Part shown: positions 20,001 to 30,983 of the stretch, one piece after another
Position numbering within the stretch: the stretch's first letter is position 1
How the letters are laid out: each line of letters opens with the position of its first letter
NCBI GenBank assembly: GCA_963771385.1
Contig: CAVYTE010000017.1
Coordinates: 6,096 to 70,095, forward strand
Direction of reading: 5' to 3'
DNA length: 64,000 bases
Source: an uncultured Actinomycetes bacterium
GTDB lineage: Bacteria > Actinomycetota > UBA4738 > HRBIN12
Notes under the pieces: generated by a model
Database searches by the model: none
What the model was told of the DNA's origin: nothing
The model's input: the letters and a program-made list of their open reading frames with translations, nothing else
Made by a program: the position numbers and the translations under genes

Positions 20001-21197
20001 GCCGCTGCCGGTCGGGCACGTGTCGCCCGGGAAGACGGGCTGGCTGTGCCGATACGCGAAGTACGGGGCCTTCGCCGCCGTCGCCATCGGCTCGTTGTAG
20101 AGGTTCTCGCAGATCGTCAGGTTGCGCGTGTCCCATCCCGGCATCCGAGGCGATCCCTCGTAGCAGGGCCAGCCGAAGTTCTCGACGACGGCGTCGGTGG
20201 GACTCGGGATCCGGTTGATCTCCTCCCAGGTCGCCTGCCCCACGTCCCCGGTCCAGATCTCGTTGGTGCCGGGACGGAACGCGAAGCGGAACGGGTTGCG
20301 CAAGCCGTACGCGATCACCCGGCGCGCGTTCGGGTCGCTGCTCCCGAACAGGGGGTTGTCCGGCAGCGCGGCCCCCGTGATGGGGTCGACCCGGATGATC
20401 GTCCCGTCCAGCGTGGTCGGATCTGCAGGGGTCCGCAGGTCCTGGACCCGAAGCGCCCCGCCCTCCGCGGTCGGAGGCGTCATCGAGCCGCCGACGCCGC
20501 CCGGCGGATCGCCGCACGGGTTGACGACCGGGTTCCCGAACTGGCCCCAGTCGAGCGGGCTCGCCGCATCGCCCGCACCGACGTACAGCGCACCGTCGGG
20601 GCCGAACGTCACCGTGCCGATCGAGTGGGTCGGGCTCTGCTGGCACCAGTCCTCGATGAGGACCTGCTCCGGACCCGTCATCACGTCGCCCGACGCGGTC
20701 AGCCGCGAGAGGCGGGCGGCGGCGGGGCAGCCGTCGGGTGACGCGCCCGGGGGATCCGGGCAGGGGTCGGACAGGACGCCGGGCGTCCCGTACTTCGGCG
20801 CCGTCCCGCCGATGTCCCCGTCGTACGTGTATAGCGCGTAGACGTAGGGCTGCGCGGGGAAGTTCGGGTGGAGTTCGAGGCCGAGCAATCCCCGGTCGAA
20901 GAAGTTGTAGACGTTCGTGCTCAGGTCCGCGAACGTCGTCGGCGTGGGGTCATCCAGGTCCGTATAGACCTTGATGATCCCGCTCTTCTCGGCGACGAAG
21001 ACACGGCCGTCCGAAGCGAAGGCGACGGCCGTCGGCGTGTCGAGTCCGCTGATCACCGTGTTCACTTGGAACCCGGGCGCGATCGCCTCCGCGACCGACG
21101 GCCGGAGCACCGAACCCTCGGGGAGCACCGTGATCGAGAGCACGAGGGCGAGGAGGGACACCTTGACCGCCCGGATGCCGTTCGTCGAGGCCCTCAC
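17040..21197 (-). CDS. Secreted multidomain protein: PQQ-dependent sugar dehydrogenase beta-propeller followed by 2 x [PKD - His/Cys-containing Ig-like - Ig-like - cupredoxin-like - FN3-like]; two frame breaks
   Basis: ORF 19632..21197 has a signal peptide ('VKVSLLALVLSITVL') and 'GLDTPTAVAFASDGRVFVAEKSGIIKVY', 'FGPDGALYVGAGD'. It continues in ORF 17749..20646 and ORF 17040..17825. The PKD motif is 'VNFDGTGSTDPESGALTYAWDLDGDG'. Frame breaks lie at ~19660 and ~17986. Confidence 0.75.
17041..19745. repeat. Tandem direct duplication, unit ~1351 bp, two copies (about 17041..18393 and 18394..19745)
   Basis: The ORF track gives identical translations at an offset of 1351: 17116..17487 = 18467..18838 and 17368..17577 = 18719..18928. 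Read by hand, the flanks are near-identical and a central ~230 bp has diverged (17880..18115 vs 19230..19465). Confidence 0.9.
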
Positions 21198-21255
21198 GAG
21201 GCGACCCCGCTCACGCCGTCGGACTCCGGGTGCGGTGATGCCATCGTCGCACCGC

Positions 21256-22452
21256 TCATCGGAGCACGAGCTCCTCGATCGCCTGCGCGTCGGAGCGGTT
21301 GAAGCGCGCGTCCACCTGTTCGATCGTCTCGACGAGCAGACGGAAGGCCATCGCCGACGTGCTCGGGTCCGCGAGGAAGCCCATGTTGTGCAGGATGACG
21401 TGGGAGGCGCCGGCGTCGACGTACGGCGTCATCCCCTCCACGAGGTCGTCCGGCGTGCCGTGCAGCATGTACTGGTGGACGAGTTCGAACGGGATCCGAT
21501 CGATCAGCCGCAGCGCCTCGTCCTTCGGGATGCCCGACGGGATGTAGGAGCTCAGGCCGTGGAACCCGTCGCCCATCGGGTGGTCGGCCCCCACGGTCTT
21601 GTAGAGCCAGTCGGGGAGGGACAGGCACAGGCCCTTCACCAACGGGTGGTCCAGCATCCGGTGGGCGGTGTCGTGGTCCTCGTGGGCGACGACGTACGAG
21701 CGGACGGCGGGCGTGAACGGGTCGCCCTGCCGGCCGGCGCGCTCGCGTGCCGCCTCGATCCAGCCGAGGCGCGTGCGCCAGTCCTCGATCGGCATCATCA
21801 CGGGAACCCACCCGTCCGCGTACGCGCCCGTCAGCTCGCACATCTTCGGGCCGTGCGCGCCGACCCAGATCGGCGGGTACGCCCCGTCGTACGGACCGAG
21901 ACCGAGGACGGCCCCGGACAGCCGGAACCACTTCCCGTCGAAGTCCACGGGCCCGTCGGCCTCCCAGAGCAGACGGATCACCTGGAGGGCCTCGGCGAGC
22001 TTGGACACCTGATGATCGAAGCTCATCCCGTACGGGATCGTGTTCTCGCCTTCGCCCGCGCCGATCCCCAGGAAGACCCGGCCCTCGCTCATGTGGTACA
22101 GCGTGAGGAACTCGTTCGCCAAGACGGCGGGATGCCGTCGGATCGGATCGGTCACGCAGGGCCCGAGCATGACCCGCTCGGTGGAGGCGGCCGCCACCGC
22201 GATGCACGCGATCGCGTCCAGGAACACGTGGGGGCTCTTGCTCGGACTGAGCGCGACGAGCGGCGACACGTCCGGCGTCCACAGCGACTCGGGGAGCCAC
22301 CCCATGAGGTGGTCCGGCCACGTGATCATGTCGAAGCCGGCCCGCTCGAGCTTCTTCGCGCGGGTCCCCACGGCCGATGCGGGCGGGCCGAGCGTCCCGC
22401 CGGTGCCGATCCAGACCCGCTTGCTCCCGCCGTTCGTCGCGTTCGTGCTCAC
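21256..22452 (-). CDS. Luciferase-like monooxygenase (LLM) family, F420-dependent oxidoreductase type
   Basis: 398-aa intact ORF with 'RAKKLERAGFDMITWPDHLMGW', 'GIGAGEGENTIPYGMSF' and 'PPIWVGAHGPKM'. GTG 22452 overlaps the upstream stop. Confidence 0.75.
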   Translation of the reverse strand: MSTNATNGGSKRVWIGTGGTLGPPASAVGTRAKKLERAGFDMITWPDHLMGWLPESLWTPDVSPLVALSPSKSPHVFLDAIACIAVAAASTERVMLGPCVTDPIRRHPAVLANEFLTLYHMSEGRVFLGIGAGEGENTIPYGMSFDHQVSKLAEALQVIRLLWEADGPVDFDGKWFRLSGAVLGLGPYDGAYPPIWVGAHGPKMCELTGAYADGWVPVMMPIEDWRTRLGWIEAARERAGRQGDPFTPAVRSYVVAHEDHDTAHRMLDHPLVKGLCLSLPDWLYKTVGADHPMGDGFHGLSSYIPSGIPKDEALRLIDRIPFELVHQYMLHGTPDDLVEGMTPYVDAGASHVILHNMGFLADPSTSAMAFRLLVETIEQVDARFNRSDAQAIEELVLR

Positions 22453-23301
22453 GCCCGCGCTCCGGCGCTCGAGCCGTTGTTCGAAGGCGCCCCGGACGAA
22501 CGCTTCACCGCGACCACCTCGACGTAGTCGATCGGCGCGACGATCGTGTCGTCGCCGGAGATGTTCGCCTCGATCACGAGATCCATCAGCTCGCGCCCGA
22601 ACCGCCCCTGCTTCTCCTCGTCGATCTGGTCGAACACGTTGCCGATCGGCCCGAAGAACCGGCGGAAGAACCCGAGCCAGTCCTCCGCGGAGCGGTAGCG
22701 CAGCTTCACGTTCTTCCGGTGCAACGCGAGCGACTCGATCGCGTCACCGAACAGATCGCGCGCCCGCTCCTCGGTCCCCCACAGGACCGGAGCGTTGACC
22801 CCGCGAGGCGGGAGGACCTGCTTGGCCGCGGCTCGGAAGAAGCCGGCCGCGAGGCTGTCGGGCGGGAAGTTCGCCTGGCCGATCGTGCCGCCGGGCCGGC
22901 ACACCCGCAGGAGCTCGCTCGCCGTGCGCTCCTGATCGGGAGCGAACATCGTCCCGAACGTGGACAGGACGGCGTCGAACGACTCGTCGGGGAACGGCAG
23001 GTCCTCCGCGTCGCCGTCGACGAACGTCACCGCGAGGCGCTCCGCGTCCGCGCGGATGCGCCCGCGCTCGAGCAGGGCCGGGACGTAGTCGACACCCGTC
23101 ACCTCGCACCCCCGCCGTGCGGCCGCGATCGCCGTGTTCCCGCTGCCGGTCGCGACATCGAGGACCTTCTGGCCGGCGCGCAGGTCGACGCGTCTCGCAC
23201 AAACGCTCGCTCACGATCACGATCGTCGTGGCGAACATCGAGAAATCGCCTGCGGCCCACGCCTCCTGCTGACGCTCCTTGATGGCCGCGAGGTCTGCCA
23301 T
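22449..23301 (-). CDS. Class I SAM-dependent methyltransferase; one frame break
   Basis: ORF 22449..23102 contains 'VTFVDGDAEDLPFPDESFDAVLSTFGTMF' and 'RVCRPGGTIG'. The N-terminus 'MADLAAIKERQQEAWAAGDF' lies in ORF 22744..23397. The hand-read bridge 'VDLRAGQKVLDVATGSGNTAIAAARRGCEV' requires removal of 1 nt near ~23194. Confidence 0.75.
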
Positions 23302-23545
23302 GTGCACTCCTTCCGTGGGGCCGATCGTCGGCCTCCGTACATCCGGGGTCAGGGTCCGTGTACCGCCAGTTGAGCCCGGCGCGGACCGGAAACCCATCGG
23401 GTCGCCGGCTCATCCGGCCGAGCTCACGTGCTCGCAAGCGTGTTACCTGGGCGTACGCCTGTCATGGTCCTGTTTGCGTATGTTCTCTACGGCGGAACCC
23501 TTGGCAGGGTCCGACGAACCCTGCGTGGCATCGCGCCGAGATACG

Positions 23546-24586
23546 ATGAGCTCGATGGCCAGGGGCTCTCGGCGCGTACGTCCCTTGAGCCGCCCCGTCC
23601 ACCACGTCCTGTCCGAGGGCGAGGTGAGCGAGATCCTCGTGCGGATCCAGGACCGGTTCGGGTGGCCGGAGACCTCGGAGCGTTTCGAGATCGCGGGGCG
23701 GTGGGGAAGCCGGACGGCGAGCCTGTACCGGTGCCGGGGTGCATCCACGGGCAGGCCCGACGTCATGCTCAAGGTCGGCCGGGACTGGACCCCCGAGATC
23801 GCGAGCGCCGTCCATAAGGAGATGGACGAGCTCGCACGGACCATCCGCGTCGCGGGCCGCCCCATGGTCGGCGTCCCGGACGCCCTCGGGTGGGACGGCG
23901 ACCCACCCCTCGTGTGCTCGGCGTACGTGGAGGGGACCGACCTGTACTTCCTGCTGGCCGATCTGGAGCATCGCGGGTGGTCGGCCTCCGAGCGCTCGCC
24001 GCTCGAGGTCCTCGAGGCTTGCGGCCGAGCCCTGGGCACCTATCACGCACGATCCGTCCCCGGTCCGAGCGATATCGAGGCCCGCACCCAGGCGCTCCAT
24101 GACCTCGAGCGTGCGGCTCGGGCGATGGCCGTGCCGCGGGACCGATCGAACGCGTCGCGGACGTGTTGGTGGTCGCTCGCGGCTTCGGTGACTTCGGGCC
24201 GCATCAGTTCCGCCTGGGCGGGCCGGACGGGCTGTACCTGCTCGACCCGCCGCTCGCCGAGACGTTCGAGCCGGTCCATCGGGACCTCGCGCGGTTCCTG
24301 TTCGGGCTCGCCAGGACCTTGGGGCGCGACGCCGGAGACCGGGGGCGGCAGCGCCGAGCCGAACCCGATCTGCGGTCGGCGTTCCTCCGCGGCTATCGCC
24401 ACGACGGGTCCGACGGATCCCTCGGACCCGCTCGGACGATGGCTGGTGCGGCTCTACGAGGGCGCGGCCGCCGCCGGCATGGCGCACAAGCGCCTCCACA
24501 ACCGCGAGCTCGTCTCGGCCGCGCGATACGCGTGGGCGTGGATGGGTTCCCTCATCGCGATCCGAACGACGGCCCGGCCCGGCTGA
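23546..24586 (+). CDS. Aminoglycoside-phosphotransferase-like (kinase fold) protein; two frame breaks
   Basis: ORF 23279..24586 contains 'LVCSAYVEGTDLYFLLADLE'. The middle part lies in ORF 24163..25071 ('GFGDFGPHQFRLGGPDGLYLLDPPLAETFEPVHRDLARFL'). The start was chosen at an internal ATG and is uncertain. Confidence 0.45.
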   Translation: MSSMARGSRRVRPLSRPVHHVLSEGEVSEILVRIQDRFGWPETSERFEIAGRWGSRTASLYRCRGASTGRPDVMLKVGRDWTPEIASAVHKEMDELARTIRVAGRPMVGVPDALGWDGDPPLVCSAYVEGTDLYFLLADLEHRGWSASERSPLEVLEACGRALGTYHARSVPGPSDIEARTQALHDLERAARAMAVPRDRSNASRTCWWSLAASVTSGRISSAWAGRTGCTCSTRRSPRRSSRSIGTSRGSCSGSPGPWGATPETGGGSAEPNPICGRRSSAAIATTGPTDPSDPLGRWLVRLYEGAAAAGMAHKRLHNRELVSAARYAWAWMGSLIAIRTTARPG

Positions 24587-24624
24587 GTGCACCCTCCGGG
24601 TGTGGCTGGCGATCCGTTCGCCGG

Positions 24625-25857
24625 TCAGCGGCCGCCTTCGGAGCCGCCGGCCACGCCGACGCCCTCGTGCACGACGAACCGCCGGATCCGCGCCACGGCG
24701 TCCACGATCCGGTCCACGGTCGCCGGGTCCATGTCCGACCACAGGGGCAGCGTGAGCACCCGGGAGGCCGCGGCCTCGGTCACGGGGAGGCCGTCGTTGC
24801 CGGACACCAGCGAGCGATAGGCCTTCATCGCGTCCACCGGCGGCGCGTAGTACCGACGGGTCTCGATGCCGACGGCCGCCAGTGCCTCGCCGAGCTCGTC
24901 GGCCCGCAGACCGAACTGCTCGGCCCCGACGAGGATCGTGAAGTCCTTGAAGGTGCTCCGGTCCTGCGGCATCACCTCCGGGAACCCGATCCCGGGAAGC
25001 GAACCGAGGCCCGCTCGGTACCGCTCGACGAGCCGGTTCCGATGGTCGATCCGCGCATCGAGACCGTCTAGGGACGCGAGGGCGATCGCCGCGTGCACCT
25101 CGGACATCCGTGCGTTCAGGCCCACGAACAGGCAGTCGTAGTCGCCGGGGTTGCCGTAGTCGCGACCGATCCGGCAGCGCTCCGCCAGCACGTCGTCGTT
25201 CGTCGCCACGATCCCGCCCTCGGCGGCAACGAGCACCTTCGTCGGCGAGAGGCTGAACACCTCGGCGTCGCCGAACCCTCCGATCCGGGTGCCGTCGTGC
25301 ATCGACCCGAACGCATGCGCGGCGTCGAAGAACAGGCGGATCCCGTTCCGGTCCGCCACCTCCGCGAGTCCCTCGATATCGCACGGCGTCCCGAAGATGT
25401 GCGTGGCCAGGATCGCCGAGGTCCGCACGCCGACCGCTCGTCGGGCGGCTGCGGCGGACAACGTCAGCGTCCCGGGATCGATGTCGGCGAAGGCCGGCCG
25501 GAGCCCGTTCCACGCCACCGCATGGGCGGTCGCGGCGAACGTGAAGGACGGCACCACCACGTCCCCGGAGAGCTCGGCGGCCCGAAGCACGAGCATGAGG
25601 CCGCTCGTGCACGACGACACCGCCACGCAGTGGCGCACGCCCAGGTACTCGGCCGCCCTGCGCTCCAGCTCGCGGACGTACGGGCCGTTCGTCAGGACCC
25701 CGCTCGCGAGGATCCGCTCGACGTCGTCCGCGACGGCTGCCGGATCCGGCACCACCGGCCGGACGAGCGGGATGTCATCACCGGGGGCCTGGGCCTCCGG
25801 GAGGACGAGCGGTCGGAGGGACCGGGGACTGGGAACGGCTGTCGCCACGCTCTTCAC
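24625..25857 (-). CDS. DegT/DnrJ/EryC1/StrS-family PLP-dependent sugar aminotransferase
   Basis: 410-aa intact ORF with 'VLTNGPYVRELERRAAEYLGVRHCVAVSSCTSGL', 'VVPSFTFAATAHAV' and 'FSLSPTKVL' (PLP Lys). Confidence 0.85.
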   Translation of the reverse strand: MKSVATAVPSPRSLRPLVLPEAQAPGDDIPLVRPVVPDPAAVADDVERILASGVLTNGPYVRELERRAAEYLGVRHCVAVSSCTSGLMLVLRAAELSGDVVVPSFTFAATAHAVAWNGLRPAFADIDPGTLTLSAAAARRAVGVRTSAILATHIFGTPCDIEGLAEVADRNGIRLFFDAAHAFGSMHDGTRIGGFGDAEVFSLSPTKVLVAAEGGIVATNDDVLAERCRIGRDYGNPGDYDCLFVGLNARMSEVHAAIALASLDGLDARIDHRNRLVERYRAGLGSLPGIGFPEVMPQDRSTFKDFTILVGAEQFGLRADELGEALAAVGIETRRYYAPPVDAMKAYRSLVSGNDGLPVTEAAASRVLTLPLWSDMDPATVDRIVDAVARIRRFVVHEGVGVAGGSEGGR

Positions 25858-25994
25858 TGCTCCTTCGTCGATCGACGGATCCGCGGAACCGCCTTCGTGC
25901 CGGCGACCTCGTTGGCCGAGGCCGTCTGCTGATGGCCTCCTGCGACGGTAGTAGTCCGGGGCAGGCGTTCCATCCCCTCACCGCCGCAAATCGC

Positions 25995-26963
25995 CTATCG
26001 CACTCGACGTAGATGGGCCCTCCCGGACCAGCGTCGCCAGACGGCCGCGGCGGCGACGGCCCCCACGACCGCGACCCCGGCCGCGCCGAGTGTCCCCAGC
26101 GTGTCCGCGAGCAGGGCCAGCCCGGCGGCGACGATCCCGGCCCCCCAGAACACGAACGTCGAGCGCGTCCGGCCGATCCGCTCAGCCACGAGGTCGTAGG
26201 AATGCTGCCGGTCGCCGGTCGCCATCGGCCGGCGCGTGCGGATCCGACGCATCGTGGTCAGGACCAGCTCGAACACGAAGACGCCGAGGCAGATCCCGCT
26301 GGTCAGGACCCCTTTCCACCCGCTGTCCGCCACGACCAGCGCCGCAAGGACGGCGAGCAGGGCGCCGACCGCATACGCTCCCCCGTTCCCGAGGTAGATC
26401 CGGGCGGGTGGTCGATTGAAGACCAGGAACCCGGCCAGCGACCCGGCGAGCGCCAGCCCGAGAGAGGCATCGGAGGACGTCACGCCGCCAGCCGCGAGCG
26501 CCGCGAGACCCAGCGCGGCGACGAGCCCGAGCCCACCCACCAGGCCGTCCTGGCCGTCGAGCAGGTTCGTCGCGTTCGCGCATGCCACGGTCACGAGCAC
26601 CATCGCGGCCCCCGCGAAGACGCCGAGGGGATCCAGGCGGACGCCGCCGGCCACGAGCACCGCCCCCGCGAGGATGAGGAGCACGACGCGCGACCACGGC
26701 GGCATCGGCCGCAGGTCGTCGAGCAGGCCGGCGGCCAACGCCACCCCGACCCCGATCGCGATCGCGACCGGGTATCCGGGGCCGATCCCGGCGGCGACCG
26801 CGAGCGCGGCGACGACCACGGCGGGACCGCCGAGCACGGGCACCGGAGCGGCGTGGATCTTCAGGTCGTTCCCGGGACGATCCACGATCCCGCCGAGCGA
26901 GCCGAGCTTCGCGGCGAGCGGCGTCAACACGAGCGAGACGACGAGCGCGCCTAGGAACGGCAT
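25995..26963 (-). CDS. Polyprenyl-phosphate HexNAc-1-phosphate transferase (MraY/WecA family), priming transferase
   Basis: 322-aa polytopic ORF with 'IVDRPGNDLKIHAAPVPVLGG' and 'ANATNLLDGQDGL'. Confidence 0.8.
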   Translation of the reverse strand: MPFLGALVVSLVLTPLAAKLGSLGGIVDRPGNDLKIHAAPVPVLGGPAVVVAALAVAAGIGPGYPVAIAIGVGVALAAGLLDDLRPMPPWSRVVLLILAGAVLVAGGVRLDPLGVFAGAAMVLVTVACANATNLLDGQDGLVGGLGLVAALGLAALAAGGVTSSDASLGLALAGSLAGFLVFNRPPARIYLGNGGAYAVGALLAVLAALVVADSGWKGVLTSGICLGVFVFELVLTTMRRIRTRRPMATGDRQHSYDLVAERIGRTRSTFVFWGAGIVAAGLALLADTLGTLGAAGVAVVGAVAAAAVWRRWSGRAHLRRVR

Positions 26964-28748
26964 CGGAGCGTCCAGACGTTGCTGGCCACGCCGTCGTGCA
27001 CGGCGATCCGTGCGCGGTGCTCGAAGCCGACCCGCTCGTAGAAGGCGTTCGCCGGCTCGTTGTCGGTTCCGACGACCACCTTGAGCTCGTCGACGCCTCG
27101 CTCGCGCAACCCCTCGACCACCCCTTCGACGAGCGCCCGTCCGACGCCGCGGGTCCTGGCTCCGGGGACCACGGCGATCGACAGGAGCTCCGGATCCGGC
27201 AGGCTCTCGGCCGTGCCCGGGTAGGCGAGCGACTCCCGCACGCGTTGGAGCGTTCCCGGCCTGGCGAGTGCGGGGATCGCGGCTGCCGAGGCCTGCGCCC
27301 CGTGCCGAAGGATGAAACGACGGTAGAACGAACGAACCGACGGCACCCCGGCGGCGAAACCGAGGATCCCGCGCCGGTCCTCCGCCACCAGCGCCACCGC
27401 CTCAAGGTCTTGCGCGAGGGCCACGTAGAGGCGCCGGAGGAACCGGTCGCCGAGCGCCGGGAGGAACGCCGTCGGCATCGACTCTCGATGCAGTCGCGAC
27501 ATCGACCACGCGTCCCGTGGGGTGGCACGACGGACCCGCATCGGTCCCGCCCCGTTGCTCCCGATCTCCGCGCTCGCCTCCGGAACCGGCGCACGGAAAC
27601 CGCGTCGGGACAGCAGCCGCCGGTACTGCGAGAGGACCAGATCGGCGACCCGTCGCTCGTCGAAGCGCTGCGTCGCGCGGACGCGTGCAGCCGCGCCCAT
27701 CCGGGCTCGCCGCTCCGGGTCCCGGGCGAGCTCGAGGATCGCCTCGGCGAGCCGGCGCCGGGTCACGGACCGGAACGAGCACCCCCTCGAGCCCGTCGGT
27801 CACCACCTCACGGCATCCGCGGATGTCGGTGAGGACGAGCGGGGTGCCCATCGCCGCGGCCTCGATCGCCGAACGCGGGAGGCCTTCGCGCCACGAGGGC
27901 AGGACGAAGATGTCGAACGCACCGAGCAGATCCCGGACGTCCTCACGCCAACCCGCGAAGGTGACGTCCTTCGAAGCGGCCTCCTGTTCGTCCTGGGTGA
28001 TCGCATCGGGCTTCGCGCGGTCCGGGTCCCCGACGGCGACGAACCGGACCTCCGGGAACGAGCGGCGCACCGTTCCGGCAGCCTCGAACAGCTCCCGGTA
28101 CCCCTTCTCGGCGACGAGCCGGCCGACCGTCCCGACGACCACGGCGTCGGACGGCAGACCCAGCCCGGATCGGATCCGCGCGCCGCCGTCCGGGTCGACG
28201 GCGGCGGGATCGAACCGCGTCAGGTCGACGCCGTTGCCCAGCAGGACGCTCCGGGACGGTCGCGCGATGCGTGTCCGCCGAGCCCACTCGAGGTCCTCGC
28301 CGCTCTGGTAGAGCTCGAGATCGCTGAACCTCGCGGCCAGCCACTCGACGCCGAGCACCGGCCACCGCCGCCGGGCGGGGTCCTCCGGCGTCGCGTAGAG
28401 GCCGTGGACGGTGTTCACCACGCACGGGACTCCGGCCATCCGCGCGGCCACCCGTCCCAGCACCCCGCCCTTCGGCGTGTGGGCGTGGACCACGTGGAAG
28501 CGACCACGGCGCAGGATCCGAACCAGCTCCACGAGCGCTCGAGCGTCGTTCGGCGGGTCCCATGCCCTCGTGATCGCCCACGGGATGAACCCGATCCCCT
28601 CGCTGCGGAGGTCGTCGACCCAGGGGCCCGCGGAGCTGATCGCCGTGACGTCGTATCCCTCGTCCCGCTGGCGCCGGAGCTGGTCGAGCAGGAGGAAGCG
28701 GTGCGTCAGGTCGACCGTGGCGACGTGGGCGACCCGGATCGTCGTCAC
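26951..28748 (-). CDS. GT-B (CAZy GT4-type) glycosyltransferase fused in frame to a C-terminal GNAT acetyltransferase domain; one frame break
   Basis: The GT part lies in ORF 27402..29000 from GTG 28748 ('IRVAHVATVDLTHRF', 'GRLVAEKGYRELF', 'FVLPSWREGLPRSAIEAAAMGTPLV'). After ~27765 it continues in ORF 26951..27766 ('RRLAEAILELARDPERRARMG'), which runs without a stop into the GNAT domain ('LLSIAVVPGARTRGVGRALV'). An internal ATG at 27541 could alternatively start a separate GNAT. Confidence 0.65.
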
Positions 28749-29532
28749 GCCGCCTTCCAGGGGCCACGCCCGAGCGCCCGGTACGCGAGCGCCTCGCGCT
28801 CCAACATCCCCCGGACCTTGGCCCGGAAGAACAGCTGACCGTCGCTCGCCAGCACCGGCATGCGGCCCAGCCGGTGGGGATCCAGCCGGCCCCGCCGGTT
28901 CGTCTTCCAGGCGTCGAGCGCCGCCGACCCGAACAGCCGGCGCGCGACCCGGTCCGCCTCGGGCGACCCGACGGCGAAGGGGTAGGCGAAATGGCGGCAC
29001 GCCACCCCGAGCCGGTCTTCGATCAGGTCCTTCGACCGCCGCATCTCGTCCTCGGCGATCCGCTCGGTCGCTCGCGACAGGGTTCGGTGCGCGTGGGTGT
29101 GGGCTCCGACGGTGACGAGCCCGGTCGCCACGGCCTCGCCGAGCTGTGACCAGCTGAGGCCGTCGTCGTCACCGCGCTCGCCGCGCGCCTCGTCGCGGAC
29201 GAGCCCCGTCGCGAGGTACAGGACCGCCGGCACGTCGGTACCGGACCAGGAGCGGGACCACGCGTTCGTGGAAGTCCCGGTAGCCGTCGTCGAACGTGAC
29301 CACGACGCCGCCCCGCTCATCGGCGAGCGCGTCGTCGAGCGAACGGACACTGCCGGCCCGCGCGAGCGCATCGAGGTGCCGCTCGAACCGGTCGAGGGGC
29401 AGTTCGATCTCTCCCGGGCCGTCTCCCGATCCGGTGGTACAGGAGGATGCCGAGGTCCCCCGGACGCCACCGGAACGGTCCGAGCGGGAGCGCGGCGACC
29501 TTCACGGCCTTCCGCGCGATCGTGGACATCAT
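28745..29532 (-). CDS. Polysaccharide deacetylase (NodB-type); about two frame breaks
   Basis: ORF 28745..29470 tail reads 'VPAVLYLATGLV..LSWSQLGEAVATGLVTVGAHTHAHRTL..FAYPFAVG'. The N-terminus 'MMSTIARKAVKVAALPLGPFRWRPGDLGILLYHRIG' lies in ORF 29317..29625. The hand-read middle 'VVVTFDDGYRDFHERVVPLL' lies in a third frame. Confidence 0.65.
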
Positions 29533-29602
29533 GCGTGCGCGGTCCGGTCGGGCCCGGCGGAGAAGCGCAGTCCGCGTCGCGGCCTTCGGAAGCGGAGAAG
29601 GA

Positions 29603-30983
29603 TCACGTCCGCCGCTCCGCGGCATCGACCGACGCGTTCGCCGGCTCTCCGGTTCGTTCCCCCTTCGGCGGGATGCAGAGCAGGACGAGCATGACGGGGA
29701 GCACCTGGACCCGTTGTCGCGCCAGGATCCCGAAGTTCGCGATGCTGGAGTACGCCACGATGAACATCGCGACGTACACGAACGCGAACGCGACGTAGGC
29801 CCTCCTGCGGATGCTCATGAGCGCCGCCACGATCCAGCGGAACCGCACCACGGCCAGGATCAGCAGGAACGCCCCCTCCAGGGACGCGATGAGGGCTTGC
29901 GTGCTGTCTGCCTCGATCGGCAGGGGGCGGAACAGGACCGTGAGCGTGGCCGCCGGGAAGTCCAGCGGCGTCTCCACGATCACGGGATCGAACTCCGATC
30001 CCCCCTTGCTGGTGCGTTCGCCGGTCTGCGTCGAGGGCCTCGCCCAGTCCGCCGAAGGACTCGATCCCCGCGTCGGACAGGAACAGTTTCGCCTGCTGGA
30101 TCATGAACCCCGCGACCAGGACGGCGACGACGATCGCGGCAACCTTCAGGAGGCGCCCGAACTCCTTGCGGGGCACGCGCCCCACGACGAACCCGACGAC
30201 GAGGGCGACCGCCACCAGGCCCGCCACGTGCGGCCGGACCAGCCCAGCAGAACCAGAGCCCGATGGCGGCCACCGGGATGCCGCGCGCGAGGGTCCCGGA
30301 CATCGCCCGGGCGCCCCCGTACGCGGCGATCCCGAGCCCGAACACCATCCACGCCTCCTTGCCGATCCCGGACGGCCAGAAGACCAGCGACGGCAGGAAG
30401 AACAGGAGCAGCGCGTACGAGGTCCGCCGGCCGTCGGGGACGGCGACGTGAAGGCTCGATAGAAGAAGAACAGGCCGAGGAAGCCGAGCCACGAGTAGAC
30501 GAGGAACCCACCCAGGAACGTGGGCCCGGTCACCGCATAGATCAACCCGGTGAAGAAGTAGATGAAGTCCGTGTCGCTCAGGGAGTCCAGGCCGGTATCG
30601 AAGTTGCCGTCCCAGAAGCCCGCCGCGATGCGCGCGCCCTCGCTGTGATACAGGAGCGAATCGCCCTCGCCGCCGTAGACGTCCGACACGACGTAGGCGC
30701 GCAGGAGTGCCCCGAACAGCTTGAGGACGAGCGCGGCCAGCAGGAGCCAGAACACCCACGCATCGCCCTCGCGCCGGGCCTGGCGGACGAGGAGCGGGAT
30801 CGTGACGACGAACATGACGGGGCCGACGATCAGCGCACCCCACGTGTCGTAGCTCGACCTCGGCATGAGGTACATGAGGGCACCCACGTAGACCACGGTC
30901 AGCGTGATGCCGATGCCCACGATGAGACCTTGACCGGGGATCGCGGAGTTGCCCGCTCGCCGATCCGCGAGGGCTCTGCTCAT
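29603..30983 (-). pseudogene. Polytopic membrane protein, candidate O-antigen/EPS polymerase (Wzy-like); about three frame breaks
   Basis: Hydrophobic fragments are spread over three frames: 'GLIVGIGITLTVVYVGALMYLM..FLVYSWLGFLGLFFFYRAF' (ORF 29529..30983), 'YALLLFFLPSLVFWPSGIGKEAWMVFGLGIAAYG' (ORF 29980..31092 frame), and 'LEGAFLLILAVVRFRWIVAALMSI..VAMFIVAYSSIANFGILARQRVQ' (ORF 29603..29983). The function is inferred only from topology and context. Confidence 0.45.
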
